A DNA stretch of 62,815 nucleotides, filler included. It is 5 parts of 5 records of this genome, joined end to end, with 100 filler letters (N's around TTAATTAATTAA, not from the genome) between each part and the next. Parts side by side here need not be neighbours in the genome. Positions count along the whole stretch, not along the records: positions 1 to 12,826 come from DRR723986_4156; 4 more parts are not named here. The stretch is one strand, 5' to 3'. The notes below the pieces were generated by a model. The model was not told the DNA's origin. It was given only the letters and a program-made list of their open reading frames with translations, and did no database searches. Positions 1 through 11,725 of the stretch are shown here, one piece after another (position 1 is the first letter of the stretch; each line of letters starts with the position of its first letter). Both the position numbers and the translations under genes were made by a program.

Positions 1-952
1 AAAGAAGATGTGGCGGAGCCCAAACGGAACGATCCGCAATATTCTTGGTGGCACAGTGTTTCGCGAGCCGATCATCATTAAAAACGTGCCTCGCCTTGTA
101 CCGGGCTGGACCCAACCCATTGTCATTGGCCGCCATGCTTTTGGTGACCAATATCGTGCGACTGACTTTTTAGTGCCCGGAGCGGGCAAACTAACAATGA
201 AATTCGAGCCATCGGATGGCGGCGAAGCCATTGAAAAAGAAGTGTATGAATTCGCCGATTCAGGCATTGCGATGGGCATGTATAACCTTGACGAATCTAT
301 TCGTGACTTCGGACGTGCCTGCATGAACTACGGCTTGGCACGCAAATGGCCTGTTTACCTTTCTACTAAAAACACCATTCTAAAAGCCTATGACGGACGT
401 TTCAAAGACTTGTTTGAGGAAGTTTTTGAAAATGAGTTTAGGGACAAATTCAAAGATGCTGGCATCTCTTATGAACACCGTTTGATTGATGACATGGTGG
501 CCTGTGCTTTGAAATGGTCAGGTGGTTTTGTATGGGCGTGTAAGAATTATGACGGCGATGTGCAATCAGACACCGTAGCACAGGGGTTTGGATCACTGGG
601 CCTTATGACATCAGTTCTCATGACACCTGACGGGAAAACTGTTGAAGCCGAAGCTGCACACGGCACCGTAACACGCCACTACCGCCAGCATCAGGAAGGC
701 AAAGAAACTTCGACCAATCCAATTGCATCTATTTTTGCCTGGACACGCGGCTTGAAATACCGAGGCATGATGGATAACACGCCAGAGGTTACGGCGTTCG
801 CTGAGTTGATTGAGAAAACCTGCATCCAAACAGTTGAGCGCGGGTCAATGACTAAAGACCTTGCGTTATTGATTGGGCCAAACCAAAGCTGGATGACAAC
901 AGGGCAGTTCTTCGACAAAATCGATGCAAACCTAAAAGATCAGATGTCTTAA
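1..952 (+). CDS. icd: NADP-dependent isocitrate dehydrogenase (5'-truncated)
   Basis: Motifs [46 protein letters not shown]; frame open to the window edge. Confidence 0.97.
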   Translation, partial: KKMWRSPNGTIRNILGGTVFREPIIIKNVPRLVPGWTQPIVIGRHAFGDQYRATDFLVPGAGKLTMKFEPSDGGEAIEKEVYEFADSGIAMGMYNLDESIRDFGRACMNYGLARKWPVYLSTKNTILKAYDGRFKDLFEEVFENEFRDKFKDAGISYEHRLIDDMVACALKWSGGFVWACKNYDGDVQSDTVAQGFGSLGLMTSVLMTPDGKTVEAEAAHGTVTRHYRQHQEGKETSTNPIASIFAWTRGLKYRGMMDNTPEVTAFAELIEKTCIQTVERGSMTKDLALLIGPNQSWMTTGQFFDKIDANLKDQMS

Positions 953-972
953 TCTTTTTTAGCATCACTAAT

Positions 973-1004
973 AAAAGGCCATCCTTTTGAGGGTGGCCTT
1001 TTTT
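973..1004. terminator. Bidirectional intrinsic terminator
   Basis: AAAAGGCCATCC...GGGTGGCCTTTTTT hairpin with A/T tails between convergent genes. Confidence 0.85.
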
Positions 1005-1803
1005 ATTTTGCCCTCACATCAAATAGTGCAAGCGCTGTAATAGACGCATTCAAACGACCCAGAGCATCACCTGCAGTAGCCTTGGAACATATGAAGCCAA
1101 CATCACGCGGCGGTGCCATATCACTTGGCTGAAAAACCATTAAATTCTTAGCCAAATCAATATTTTCTACCAAGTAATTGGTTTGGTCCGGATTTAACAA
1201 AGCAAAATGAACCCTGCCCCGTGCCAATAGCAAACCAAGCTCAATGTCCGTGCTGCCCAATAGTATATGTCGTTCCACCTGTCCTGCGCGTACATCAGCA
1301 CTTATACCACGGTAATTAGCACCCATGAGAAAAGCACCGCGCAGATTTTCGTCGTTCATAACATCGAAGATCGACGTATGAGCACTGAACAAACCCGCAT
1401 CAGGCTTTCGAATGGCAAGAGCTGTACCTGGAAACCGGGAAAACGGCGCCGAAGCGATCACCTCGTAACTCTGTTGGTGCGATTGGCTATATCCGGCTGC
1501 ACATAATGGTTTCACGCTGAGCTGGAGTTCGCGCAGCAAGCGACGGTAATTTGTTTTTCGCCATTGCACTTCATAGCCCGCTTGCGCAAGAATTTCTGCA
1601 GCCATTTGCGCTATAGACCCCACCACTTCACCGTCTTTGACATAAACATAAGGGGGATAGTCTTCATGCAGCAGTTCAAATGTATGGCCGCGCGGGTTTC
1701 TATCTGCATTATTTTCCATAAGCGCTATTGCAGGCATGCTCAAAACACCCAACGCCAAGAAAAAAATCAAAAATTTTTCGTAAATATTTGAACAAAGTGT
1801 CAA
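1003..1803 (-). CDS. Orphan periplasmic solute-binding protein (family 3-like)
   Basis: Hydrophobic signal-like N-terminus, EDYPPYVY motif, LLARGRVHFAL; no permease adjacent; start uncertain. Confidence 0.7.
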   Translation of the reverse strand: MTLCSNIYEKFLIFFLALGVLSMPAIALMENNADRNPRGHTFELLHEDYPPYVYVKDGEVVGSIAQMAAEILAQAGYEVQWRKTNYRRLLRELQLSVKPLCAAGYSQSHQQSYEVIASAPFSRFPGTALAIRKPDAGLFSAHTSIFDVMNDENLRGAFLMGANYRGISADVRAGQVERHILLGSTDIELGLLLARGRVHFALLNPDQTNYLVENIDLAKNLMVFQPSDMAPPRDVGFICSKATAGDALGRLNASITALALFDVRAK

Positions 1804-2019
1804 AATTCGTCCTTAACCTTTGGCCATTAGAGGTCTTAATATCATAGAGATATAATATTAATAAAATCTGAAATACAAAGATTTAGATCTTGTTAAGACG
1901 AGATAGAATTGGCGGCAAAAAGCGTTGCTTTCAGTAATCTACCATCTCCTGAACGAATTCAGGAGATATCGAAATGAGAGTGTGAAGTCAGTGCTTTCGA
2001 GTCGCGAACGAAAAATGCT

Positions 2020-4728
2020 TTAGCCAGCCAGTAATAGCTCAATTGCATCCAGTGCATCTTGTGCCTTGTCTCCGTCAGGGCCTCCAGCCTGAGCCATATC
2101 GGGCCTTCCGCCGCCACCTTTGCCCCCTAATGCAGTTGCCGCAACACGGACCAAATCAACGGCGCTAATGGTTTTTGTCAAATCATCCGTAACGCCAACT
2201 AGCACTGCGGCTTTTCCGTCATTAACAGCAACCAGAACAATAACACCGCTGCCCAGTTTATTCTTTGCCTGGTCCGCAAGTCCGCGCAAGTCTTTCGGGC
2301 TAACGCCGTCTAAAACCTGCCCTAAATACGAAACACCATTGAGCGTTTTAACCTCAGGCCCAGCAGATGCACCGCCCCCCATCGCCATCTGCTTTCGAGT
2401 TTCAATAAGTTCTTTTTCCAAATTACGACGTTCTGTTTGCAGTGCTGAAATCCTATCGGGCAATTCGTCTGCTGAGGACTTGACTGCCAAAGCCGCCGCC
2501 TTAAGCAACTTTTGCTGGTGAACAAAGTGAGTGTGCGCCGCAGCACCTGTCAGCGCTTCTATTCGCCTAACACCAGACGAAACAGCACTTTCAGACGTTA
2601 TGGTAAACACGCCAATTTCGCCCAACCGTTCAACATGGGTGCCGCCGCATAGCTCAACCGAAAAGTTAGCGGGTTCAACTTCTGCTGGTTCAAGGTCCGA
2701 TTGCCTACCCATAGAAACCACTCTAACTTCATCGCCGTATTTTTCGCCGAATAAGGCCATTGCACCTGCTTCAACGGCGTCATCAAAACTCAATAGTCTG
2801 GTTTGCACATCCGAGTTGTCTCGAATGATCTCATTAACAGCAGTTTCAATATGCTCTAATTCTTCCGGATTAATCGCTTTTGGGTGCGAAACATCAAAGC
2901 GTAACTTATCCGGTGCAACCAAAGAACCTTTTTGCGTAACATGATCGCCTAATTGACGACGCAAAACCTCATGTAAAACATGCGTTGCAGAATGATTTGC
3001 CCTCAGTTGACGGCGACGCAAACCGTCAATTTTCATATCAAGAGATTGACCAATAGTTACCGTACCGTCTTCAATACTGCAGACATGGACGTGCAAAGCA
3101 CCAACCTTTTTCATGGTGTCAGAAACGTTAATAGTCAGCCCATCGGCATTCAAAACGCCGGTGTCGCCCATTTGCCCGCCAGATTCGCCGTAAAAAGGTG
3201 TTTGGTTGGCAACAAGGAGAACATCATCACCGGCCATCGCTTTCTCGACCAGCTCACCATCTTTCACCAAGGCAACAACCTGACCTTCGGCTTGTTCAGA
3301 CGTATAACCGACAAACTCCGTCGCGCCTTTAGCATCATGCAAGTCAAACCAGATGGTCTCAGTGGTCATGTCACCAGAGCCCGCCCAGGCCGCCCGAGCC
3401 TTTGTGCGCTGTTCTTCCATCGAGGCATTGAAGCCTTCAATACCAACTTTCAAGTTTTTAGACCGCAAAGCGTCTTGCGTCAGGTCAAGCGGAAAACCAT
3501 AGGTATCATAAAGTTTAAACGCCACGTTACCCGCAAGCGTATCGCCAGAAAGTTTGCCGAGTTCATCATCAAGCAGACGCATGCCTTTTTCGAGCATTTG
3601 CCTGAATTTGGATTCTTCGAGTTTAAGTGTTTCTTCAATTAAACTCTCGGCACGAACAAGTTCAGGGAACGCCTGCCCCATTTCTCCAATCAATGACGGT
3701 GATAGCTGGTGCATCACCAAATCTTTTGCGCCTAGCAAATGTGCATGTCGCATTGCCCGCCGCATTATACGGCGAAGAACATACCCACGGCCTTCATTTG
3801 ACGGCAGAACACCGTCGGCAATGAGAAAACTGCAAGACCGCAAATGATCGGCTATCACCCGGTGTGAGGCACGCGTCTCATCAGTTTCAACTGCGCCAGT
3901 CACATCAACAGATGTCGCTATCAAACGTTTGAAAACATCAGTCTCATAATTGTCATGGGTTCCCTGAAGCAGCGCAGAAATACGCTCTAACCCCATGCCA
4001 GTATCAATGCTGGGGCGCGGCAGATCCACTCGGTCACCTACACCACGTTGCTCATACTGCATAAAAACCAAATTCCAGATTTCTACAAACCTGTCGCCGT
4101 CTTCTTCGGGACTTCCGGGAGGGCCACCCCAAATATGATCACCGTGGTCATAAAATATTTCGGAACACGGCCCACATGGCCCCACTTCGCCCATTGACCA
4201 AAAATTATCATTGGTATTGATGCGAATGATGCGCTCGTCAGGCAATCCGGCAATCTTCTTCCAAAGGTCAAAAGCAACATCATCTGTATGATAGACCGTC
4301 ACAGTTAAACGATTTGGGTCAATACCATAATTCTTAGTGATCAACTCCCAGGCCATTGAAATAGCTTGATCTTTAAAATAATCACCGAAAGAAAAATTTC
4401 CGAGCATTTCAAAAAAAGTATGGTGCCGTGCCGTGTATCCTACATTATCCAGGTCATTGTGTTTTCCCCCCGCCCGCACACACTTTTGCGACGACGTGGC
4501 CTGGCTATATGACCGTTGCTCAGCACCTGTGAAAACGTTCTTGAATGGAACCATTCCAGCGTTGGTAAACATAAGTGTCGGATCATTGATCGGCACTAAT
4601 GATGCAGATGGCACAACTTCATGACCATTGGCAGCAAAAAAGTCGAGAAAGGTTTTCCTCACTTCATTACTGCTGATAATGGAACCTGATCCGTTGCTCG
4701 CGCCCATGTTTTCTGCCTTTGTCGTCAT
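2020..4728 (-). CDS. alaS: Alanine--tRNA ligase
   Basis: [42 protein letters not shown]-terminal [15 protein letters not shown]. Confidence 0.99.
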   Translation of the reverse strand: MTTKAENMGASNGSGSIISSNEVRKTFLDFFAANGHEVVPSASLVPINDPTLMFTNAGMVPFKNVFTGAEQRSYSQATSSQKCVRAGGKHNDLDNVGYTARHHTFFEMLGNFSFGDYFKDQAISMAWELITKNYGIDPNRLTVTVYHTDDVAFDLWKKIAGLPDERIIRINTNDNFWSMGEVGPCGPCSEIFYDHGDHIWGGPPGSPEEDGDRFVEIWNLVFMQYEQRGVGDRVDLPRPSIDTGMGLERISALLQGTHDNYETDVFKRLIATSVDVTGAVETDETRASHRVIADHLRSCSFLIADGVLPSNEGRGYVLRRIMRRAMRHAHLLGAKDLVMHQLSPSLIGEMGQAFPELVRAESLIEETLKLEESKFRQMLEKGMRLLDDELGKLSGDTLAGNVAFKLYDTYGFPLDLTQDALRSKNLKVGIEGFNASMEEQRTKARAAWAGSGDMTTETIWFDLHDAKGATEFVGYTSEQAEGQVVALVKDGELVEKAMAGDDVLLVANQTPFYGESGGQMGDTGVLNADGLTINVSDTMKKVGALHVHVCSIEDGTVTIGQSLDMKIDGLRRRQLRANHSATHVLHEVLRRQLGDHVTQKGSLVAPDKLRFDVSHPKAINPEELEHIETAVNEIIRDNSDVQTRLLSFDDAVEAGAMALFGEKYGDEVRVVSMGRQSDLEPAEVEPANFSVELCGGTHVERLGEIGVFTITSESAVSSGVRRIEALTGAAAHTHFVHQQKLLKAAALAVKSSADELPDRISALQTERRNLEKELIETRKQMAMGGGASAGPEVKTLNGVSYLGQVLDGVSPKDLRGLADQAKNKLGSGVIVLVAVNDGKAAVLVGVTDDLTKTISAVDLVRVAATALGGKGGGGRPDMAQAGGPDGDKAQDALDAIELLLAG

Positions 4729-4899
4729 AACCTACGCCTCTCGTCATACATCAAGTACGGTCAAAGCCACGTGCCCGCACTACAGCAATTGACTATGTAT
4801 AGCAGGCACCATATTTCTCAAGAAAATTGTGCCGCTGAAACCTTTATTGGGCGAAGTCTTTAGAACCATAAAGTCATATAACCCAAAGCTGCGGGCAAT

Positions 4900-4925
4900 A
4901 AAAAAGGGTGGAAAACCACCCTTTT
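4900..4925 (-). terminator. Intrinsic terminator after recA
   Basis: AAAAAAGGGTGG-AAAA-CCACCCTTTT; U-tract on the minus strand. Confidence 0.8.
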
Positions 4926-4956
4926 ACTCTCAATCACATGGATTTAGCGACATATT

Positions 4957-6027
4957 CTAGTCATCATCCCCTGCACCAACCGGCTCCGACAACATGGCTT
5001 CGTTCACCAATCCTGCATTTTGCCGAATGAGATGTTCAATCTCTTCTGCAACATCGCTGTTTTCCAAAAGAAAACGCTTAGCATTCTCGCGGCCTTGACC
5101 AATACGCTGGCTGGAATAGCTATACCATGAGCCTGATTTTTCAACCACGCCAGCCTTAACGCCAAGATCAATAATCTCGCCCATCTTGGATACGCCCTCG
5201 CCGTACATAATATCAAACTCAACCTGTTTAAACGGCGGCGCAACTTTGTTTTTCACCACTTTAACCCGTGTGGCATTACCAACAATATCGTCCTTATCTT
5301 TCACTTGGCCAATTCGGCGAATATCAAGGCGAACCGAGGCATAAAACTTTAGAGCATTGCCACCGGTGGTGGTTTCAGGACTGCCGTACATCACACCAAT
5401 TTTCATACGAATTTGGTTGATGAAGATAACGATGGTGTTTGACTTGGAAATAGAGGCTGTCAATTTTCTCAGCGCTTGGCTCATCAAACGCGCTTGCAAA
5501 CCAACATGGCTATCGCCCATTTCACCTTCCAGCTCTGCGCGCGGGGTCAATGCAGCAACAGAATCGACAACCAAAATATCCACGGCGCCAGACCGTACAA
5601 GTGTGTCCGTAATTTCAAGAGCTTGCTCACCAGTATCAGGCTGGCTGATCAGCAATTCATTCACGTCTACACCTAGCTTGCGGGCGTATATTGGATCAAG
5701 GGCATGCTCAGCATCAACAAAAGCAGCAATGCCGCCCGCTTTCTGGGCCTCAGCCACCGCATGTAATGCCAATGTTGTTTTACCAGAACTTTCCGGGCCA
5801 TAAATTTCAATAATGCGACCTTTTGGCAAGCCGCCTATACCGAGCGCAATGTCTAAATTCAACGAACCGGTTGAGATTGCTTCAATCTCAATACTTGATT
5901 CGCGTTGTCCCAATTTCATAACGGAACCCTTGCCAAAGGCCCGATCAATTTGCCCAAGGGCTGCCTCGAGAGCTTTGCTCTTGTCCATGGATGCTCCTTT
6001 AACCAGTTCCAAGTTTGCTAATGCCAT
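4957..6027 (-). CDS. recA: Recombinase A
   Basis: [44 protein letters not shown]. Confidence 0.99.
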   Translation of the reverse strand: MALANLELVKGASMDKSKALEAALGQIDRAFGKGSVMKLGQRESSIEIEAISTGSLNLDIALGIGGLPKGRIIEIYGPESSGKTTLALHAVAEAQKAGGIAAFVDAEHALDPIYARKLGVDVNELLISQPDTGEQALEITDTLVRSGAVDILVVDSVAALTPRAELEGEMGDSHVGLQARLMSQALRKLTASISKSNTIVIFINQIRMKIGVMYGSPETTTGGNALKFYASVRLDIRRIGQVKDKDDIVGNATRVKVVKNKVAPPFKQVEFDIMYGEGVSKMGEIIDLGVKAGVVEKSGSWYSYSSQRIGQGRENAKRFLLENSDVAEEIEHLIRQNAGLVNEAMLSEPVGAGDDD

Positions 6028-6077
6028 TGTTCGGGTTCCTTATTCCATAGCTGTTGTTTGGGTGCAATGGAATGTTT

Positions 6078-6092
6078 GTACACATTTTGTTC
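6078..6092 (-). promoter_or_regulatory. Alphaproteobacterial LexA (SOS) box upstream of recA
   Basis: Plus strand GTAC-ACATTTT-GTTC = GAAC-N7-GTAC on the recA strand, about 50 nt upstream of ATG; a weaker copy at 6112-6126. Confidence 0.8.
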
Positions 6093-6204
6093 TCATTTGC
6101 CAAGAACAAATTTTCACCTTTTGTTCTCGTTCTAATTTCTTAAGCAAATTTATAGCAAAACTTACCGAAATGGCTCAGTAGGCATAACGCTTAGCAAATT
6201 GATA

Positions 6205-8601
6205 TTACTCTAATATAGTCTTCACAGCTTCAGCCAGGGCCTTCAAGGTAAACGGCTTAGGCAAAAACTGAAATTCTTCAGCTTCCAACCCTTTTCGGAA
6301 CATATCTTCCGCATATCCCGAGATGAAAATTACTGGCAATTCAGGTCGGTCTTTCCTTGCTGCAGTTACCAGAGCTGGTCCGTCCATGTTGGGCATTACC
6401 ACATCAGTAATAAGTAAATCTATTTTTGCATCAGTTTCGGTTAAAACCTCATATCCGGCCTCACCAGAGTCCGCCTCCAAAACATTGTAGCCCTTATTTT
6501 CCAGCGCTCTTTTTGCAAACATTCTAACCGGGTCTTCGTCTTCGACAATCAATATTGTTCCTTTACCGGTAAGATCTCTCTCAAGCATGTCCAGTTGTTT
6601 CGCTTCATGCATTTCAACATGTTCATGGTATTCAAGTGCCTTTAACAACAGCAGAAACTTCGTTCCTTTACCAACCGTTGATTCGACAAACACAAAACCA
6701 CCAGTTTGCTTAACAATACCATATACGGTCGCCAACCCAAGGCCGGTCCCCTCTCCTACCTCTTTGGTTGTGAAGAAAGGTTCAAAAATTTTGTTGAGGT
6801 TGTTTTCTGGTATGCCACAACCGTTGTCTTCCACTTCAATCAAAATGTAATTGTCAGGCACAACCACATCATATTTGTCAATCACAGGATCTTCGGCGTT
6901 GATGAAGCGCGTGCGTATATCCAGCTTGCCGCCACCGGTCATGGCGTCGCGAGCATTAACGGCCAGGTTAATGATCACTTGTTCAAGCTGTCCCTGGTCC
7001 ACTTTAACAGGTGGTAGATCACGACCATGCACCACTTTCAATTCAATGGTTTCGCCGATCAATCGCCGGATCAAGCTGGAAAGATCCGCCAATACATCGG
7101 TAACTTCAAGTACTTTGGGCCTAAGGGTTTGCTGCCGTGAGAAAGCAAGCAGTTGTCGAACCAAATTCGCGGCCCTGTTGGCGTTTTGCTTAATTTGAAT
7201 AATATCGGAGAAAGACTGATCACCTGCATCATGACGCACCAACAACAAATCGCAAAAGCCAATGATAGCCGTGAGCAAATTATTAAAGTCGTGCGCCACA
7301 CCGCCCGCCAATTGACCAACTGCCTGCATCTTCTGTGCCTGAACAAACTGACGCTCGAGGCTTTTTTCTTGTGTTGTATCAACAAGATACAAAATTGCAT
7401 AGTTGCTTTCACCTTTAGTGATAGAACTTGAATAAACTTGTCCCACCCTTTCAGGCTGGCCGCTATAGGTTACATCAAGTGGCTTAGAGGCAGGTCTGCC
7501 GTCATGAGCAAACTCTATCAACTCTCTTAAAGCGTCTTGGTCTTCTGAAACGATCAAATCGAATATACTGGAGCCCGCACTAAAGCGAACACCTGACGGG
7601 TGCGTCTTGAGAGGTTGATTATATTCTTTCACCCCTCCTTCCCGGTCAACGATAGCAATTGCGATCGGCGCGGCATCAAGAATTGGGTCAATTAAAAATT
7701 CGCGTTCAATAGGCACAAGGCTGCTACGCATTTGGTCCAAACGACGAATAAACCGGTATTGGCCAATTTTGCGGCCCTTTTCTCGCGCATTTAAAGGGAT
7801 GGTTGTCACATCAACGTCGATGCGTTGGCGTCCTCCGACAAGCAATTGGGTTTCTTCGGCTTTTAACTGAATTTTGGTTGGCAATGCTTCGCCGGCTTCA
7901 ATGCCCAACCATTTAAGGATGGTGTCATTGGCATGATGAATTTGACCATTGCTGTCTTCTAGCACAACGCCGCATTCTAACTTCTCAAAAACAGGTGCTG
8001 CCCAGCCCGAAACCATTGTTTTCTCGCGGTCCATTCGTGCCCGTTCGTTTTGCCGCGAAATCTGCCAGATCAAATGATGCCCTACCCGCTTACCAACCAA
8101 TGTAAGCTCGTCATCATCATTTTCAGAAAGATCAATTCTAGCAGCGCCGTTGCCAGCATGCCGGACCGTATTCAGCACGGCGTTTATTGCTTGTCGGCCT
8201 TCATCATTACCCACCATGTCCTGCAGTCTTTGAACTTGTTTTTCATTTAACTTTTCAAAGGCAGGGTTTGAGGCCAAGGCAATGCCGTCTAATTGGGTGA
8301 CGATAAGGGCGCGGCGATCGAGCGAGACTAAATTCTGCAGCAGCTCCCTGTCCAATCGCTCACCTATAACAACTGGCGCATCTATGCTTCGTAGTGCTTT
8401 AATCAGCAAAAAGGCTGTCATGATAAGCGTCAAGCCACCCACGCCGATCGCGCCAACATCGCCCCATAACAAAAAGCTCAAAACCGAAACCCCGCCTGCG
8501 CCCAACAGGCCTGACAACGCCATGGCAAGAAGTTTGAAGCCAGATTTGACTTCATTATTCATGAGCGCATCGCGAATTGGTTGCGGCAGCTGGCTTTCCA
8601 T
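6205..8601 (-). CDS. cckA: Hybrid sensor histidine kinase CckA (2 TM, PAS, HisKA, HATPase, REC)
   Basis: QKMQAVGQLAGGVAHDFNNLL H-box, NLAVNARDAM, FFTTKEVGEGTGLGL, C-terminal REC; typical flhB-cckA-recA synteny. Confidence 0.9.
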   Translation of the reverse strand: MESQLPQPIRDALMNNEVKSGFKLLAMALSGLLGAGGVSVLSFLLWGDVGAIGVGGLTLIMTAFLLIKALRSIDAPVVIGERLDRELLQNLVSLDRRALIVTQLDGIALASNPAFEKLNEKQVQRLQDMVGNDEGRQAINAVLNTVRHAGNGAARIDLSENDDDELTLVGKRVGHHLIWQISRQNERARMDREKTMVSGWAAPVFEKLECGVVLEDSNGQIHHANDTILKWLGIEAGEALPTKIQLKAEETQLLVGGRQRIDVDVTTIPLNAREKGRKIGQYRFIRRLDQMRSSLVPIEREFLIDPILDAAPIAIAIVDREGGVKEYNQPLKTHPSGVRFSAGSSIFDLIVSEDQDALRELIEFAHDGRPASKPLDVTYSGQPERVGQVYSSSITKGESNYAILYLVDTTQEKSLERQFVQAQKMQAVGQLAGGVAHDFNNLLTAIIGFCDLLLVRHDAGDQSFSDIIQIKQNANRAANLVRQLLAFSRQQTLRPKVLEVTDVLADLSSLIRRLIGETIELKVVHGRDLPPVKVDQGQLEQVIINLAVNARDAMTGGGKLDIRTRFINAEDPVIDKYDVVVPDNYILIEVEDNGCGIPENNLNKIFEPFFTTKEVGEGTGLGLATVYGIVKQTGGFVFVESTVGKGTKFLLLLKALEYHEHVEMHEAKQLDMLERDLTGKGTILIVEDEDPVRMFAKRALENKGYNVLEADSGEAGYEVLTETDAKIDLLITDVVMPNMDGPALVTAARKDRPELPVIFISGYAEDMFRKGLEAEEFQFLPKPFTLKALAEAVKTILE

Positions 8602-8649
8602 AGTGTCTTTATCCTGCTTGTCGTCCTTAAGTGATAGCGAAGTAGAACT

Positions 8650-8665
8650 TTATATGAAGCTTAAC
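8650..8665. promoter_or_regulatory. Putative CtrA box upstream of cckA
   Basis: TTAT-ATGAAGC-TTAAC, one mismatch to TTAA-N7-TTAAC. Confidence 0.5.
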
Positions 8666-8731
8666 CGCCTTCAATTCATCGGTGCAAGTAGAGGGTTGGT
8701 TGATAGTGCGGGAAACTTGTCCTGGCCTTGA

Positions 8732-9820
8732 TCAAGATGTTGGCGTTTTAGGCGCAAAACCAGCCTTTCTCAGTTTCATGATATAGCTTATCACTTCCGC
8801 AACCGCCTTATAATGGTCTGGCGGCACTTCTTCGTCTAACTCCACTGATGCATACAAAGCCCGAGCTAGCGGCGGGTTTTCGACAATCGGAATATCATGT
8901 TCTGTGGCCAGGTCACGAATGCGGAAGGCCACTTTATCTAGCCCTTTGGCAATTAGAACCGGCACATCCATTGAGCCGTGCTTGTATTCCAGCGCAATGG
9001 CATAATGCGTAGGATTTGTGATGATAACGTCAGCGCGTGGCACTGCAGCCATCATGCGCTGTGAGTGGCGTTCCATACGAATAGACCTAAGACGCTGTTT
9101 CACTTTGGGGTCACCGTCAGTTTGCTTACGTTCATCCTTCACTTCTTGTTTGGTCATTTTCAGTTTTTTGGTGTGCTGATATTTTTGGTAGGTAAAATCG
9201 ACAGCGGCGATGATCGTCATCAAAATCAGGACGCCGATCATCACCTTCACGGCTGTAATCTGCACGAGAGATACAATCTCAATCGGCGGTAGAAACATGA
9301 TTGTGTCAAGGCGTGACCGTTCTGGATAGGCAACGATAAATAAGACTACAGATATGGCGGCCAGTTTGCCAACGGCTTTACCAAAATCAACAAGCATTTT
9401 TGACAAACCAAACTTTTTCAAACCATTGATAGGACTGAGTTTTTTTAAGTCAGGCTTAAGTTTATCAAAGGTAAAAACACCCTTGTGTTGAATTTTAGAG
9501 CCAACCAAAGCCGCGACAACAAAAATTGCAAAGGGTACAAGAAGAATAAGGAAAATATCGAAGATAAGCGTGTTGATAAGCTGAAGGCCCGCTGTTCGCT
9601 CAAACTCAATCTCATGCATCCGCCCCATGAAACCGGCGAGCGGCCCTCTTACGCCAACAGTGATAAACCCACCTGCAGCAGCAACCACAACAGTACCTGC
9701 CGCCAGCATAAACCAGGTTTTTAATTCCTGGCTTTGCGCCACTTCACCTTTCTTACGCGCCTCCTCCAGTTTCTTGGCGGTAGGCTCTTCGGTTTTTTGG
9801 CTCTGGTCTTGATCAGCCAT
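8732..9820 (-). CDS. flhB: Flagellar export protein FlhB
   Basis: KTEEPTAKKLEEARKKG, KMTKQEVKDE, GDPKVK, NPTH autocleavage motif. Confidence 0.97.
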   Translation of the reverse strand: MADQDQSQKTEEPTAKKLEEARKKGEVAQSQELKTWFMLAAGTVVVAAAGGFITVGVRGPLAGFMGRMHEIEFERTAGLQLINTLIFDIFLILLVPFAIFVVAALVGSKIQHKGVFTFDKLKPDLKKLSPINGLKKFGLSKMLVDFGKAVGKLAAISVVLFIVAYPERSRLDTIMFLPPIEIVSLVQITAVKVMIGVLILMTIIAAVDFTYQKYQHTKKLKMTKQEVKDERKQTDGDPKVKQRLRSIRMERHSQRMMAAVPRADVIITNPTHYAIALEYKHGSMDVPVLIAKGLDKVAFRIRDLATEHDIPIVENPPLARALYASVELDEEVPPDHYKAVAEVISYIMKLRKAGFAPKTPTS

Positions 9821-9823
9821 GCT

Positions 9824-10582
9824 TTATCCTAAATACGACAGCAAATGGGTTTCAAAGCGATCAAGGAACAACTCCATGAAGGAGCCTATCAACAGGCTCA
9901 TCAACAGGAAGCCCATGAACAAATTTACTGGCATACCGATGAAAAACACCTGAAACCCTTGAACCATGCGCGCTACAAGCCCAAGACTTAGGTTAAATAT
10001 TAACCCATAAACAATGAAGGGCGCCGCTAACTGAAAACCAAGCGCAAAACTGTCCGCAACAAATTGGACAATCAGAGCAGCGAAATCTTCATATGGGATC
10101 GCTTCACCCACTGGAAACTTGATGTAACTATGGGCAAACCCCTGAATCATCACATGATGTAAGTCAGTTACAACAATCATGGTGATAGCGGTTAGCGACA
10201 CGAATGATGCTACAATAACGCTTTGACTGCCTTGTGCCGGGTCAAAAGACTGCGCGGCGGCAAGACCCGTTTGGAAGGCAACAATCGTTCCTGCAGTATG
10301 CGTGGCAGAAAGCAATATACGGGCGGTTAACGCAAGCATAGAGCCAATCAGAAGTTCCTGAATCATCAGGGAAAACAGCGTAAATATTGCCGGTGGCATC
10401 GGTGGAATTTTGTCGCCGTGCAGGCCGTATACAATAAGGCTAAGCGTCAGGGCAAAACCCATACGAACCCTTGCGGGAATAGAGCGGTCGCCGAGCACAG
10501 GCATAAGCATAACAAGCGGTGCTAAACGCATCATAATCAGCGTAAAAACAAGAGCTTCTGCTGGTAAAACTTCGCCGAGCAT
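9824..10582 (-). CDS. fliR: Flagellar export protein FliR
   Basis: Multi-TM 252 aa, PVLGDRSIPARVR, FQTGLAAAQSFDP; operon position. Confidence 0.93.
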   Translation of the reverse strand: MLGEVLPAEALVFTLIMMRLAPLVMLMPVLGDRSIPARVRMGFALTLSLIVYGLHGDKIPPMPPAIFTLFSLMIQELLIGSMLALTARILLSATHTAGTIVAFQTGLAAAQSFDPAQGSQSVIVASFVSLTAITMIVVTDLHHVMIQGFAHSYIKFPVGEAIPYEDFAALIVQFVADSFALGFQLAAPFIVYGLIFNLSLGLVARMVQGFQVFFIGMPVNLFMGFLLMSLLIGSFMELFLDRFETHLLSYLG

Positions 10583-10587
10583 GAATG

Positions 10588-10854
10588 CTAACCGCCCGCG
10601 ACGATACGGTCTGCAATCTGCTGCATCAAATCAGACAGATTTCGGCCCATAAAGGGAAACAAAAGCAATAGTGAAATAAAAACTGCAATGATTTTGGGAA
10701 CAAATGTCAGCGTCATTTCCTGGAGCTGAGTAATAGTTTGGAACAGCGCAATTGCTAACCCCACCACAAGCGCAACCATTAAAATGGGCAGCGATGTCGT
10801 GATCAGGCTTGTCAGCGCCAAACGCGCCACATCTAGAACTTCAGGTCCGGTCAT
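10588..10854 (-). CDS. fliQ: Flagellar export protein FliQ
   Basis: LFQTITQLQEMTLTFVPKI, 88 aa. Confidence 0.95.
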   Translation of the reverse strand: MTGPEVLDVARLALTSLITTSLPILMVALVVGLAIALFQTITQLQEMTLTFVPKIIAVFISLLLLFPFMGRNLSDLMQQIADRIVAGG

Positions 10855-10891
10855 TATTTTCTCATGCTCGGGCTATGGCGCTGGCGACAGG

Positions 10892-11215
10892 CTATATCGG
10901 CATTTTAAGAATATCGTTGTATGCACCAATAACCTTGTCACGCACGGTTACCACTGTTTCCACAACCATCTCAGCATTTGAAACTGCTGTTGCCACATCA
11001 ACAAGATCAGCTTGATCCACCAGTGCTTTTGCGCTGGTTATTTCCATATTGGCCGTGCTGGTTTTCACATCCCCGATTGACTGGGAAACCAAAGAAGAAA
11101 AGGCAGAGTCTGCACCACCGCTTGCCCCTGTTTCTTTAGAACCAGAAAGCCCCTGCTGCAGCTGTTTAGATGCCTGCGTGTAAGCATTTACCGCGTCCAT
11201 TTGTTTGATATTCAT
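10892..11215 (-). CDS. fliE: Flagellar hook-basal body protein FliE
   Basis: C-terminal VRDKVIGAYNDILKMPI. Confidence 0.93.
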   Translation of the reverse strand: MNIKQMDAVNAYTQASKQLQQGLSGSKETGASGGADSAFSSLVSQSIGDVKTSTANMEITSAKALVDQADLVDVATAVSNAEMVVETVVTVRDKVIGAYNDILKMPI

Positions 11216-11263
11216 CGCCCGTCTCCCAGCAAGAAGAAGTTTACTTCATACATTCACGCAAAA

Positions 11264-11671
11264 TCAGCGCAGCAGTTCCAGTGTCATGGTTGCCAGCCTG
11301 CGGCTTGCTTCCAGTGCATTCAAATTTGATTGATAGGTGCGCTGCGCTTGTTTCATGTCCATCATTTCAATCAGCCCATTCACATTAGACTGCTTGACAT
11401 ATCCGGCTGCATCAGCCGCCGGGTTGCCCGGATCATATTTTTGGCCAAACGCTTTTTGGTCGTAGGCAATTTTCCCGGCTTGCACCAGTTCAATGCCTTT
11501 TGCTCGGTCCAGTTCAGTTTGAAAGGTTACAATTTTGCGGCGATACGGGTCTTCACCTGGCCCTGATGCTACAGAATTCTGGTTTGCGATATTTTCAGAT
11601 ATCACGCGCATCCGTATGGACTGAGCCCGTAGCCCAGACGCAGATGCCATCATTGCTTTTTGTAGATCCAT
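11264..11671 (-). CDS. flgC: Flagellar basal-body rod protein FlgC
   Basis: SASGLRAQSIRMRVISENIAN, PYRRK, YDPGNPAADAAGYV; start set at MDLQK. Confidence 0.95.
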   Translation of the reverse strand: MDLQKAMMASASGLRAQSIRMRVISENIANQNSVASGPGEDPYRRKIVTFQTELDRAKGIELVQAGKIAYDQKAFGQKYDPGNPAADAAGYVKQSNVNGLIEMMDMKQAQRTYQSNLNALEASRRLATMTLELLR

Positions 11672-11725
11672 ATATATACCCCAACTATGCAGCAACACGC
11701 TGCCTATAATTGCCCTAAGCGCTTT

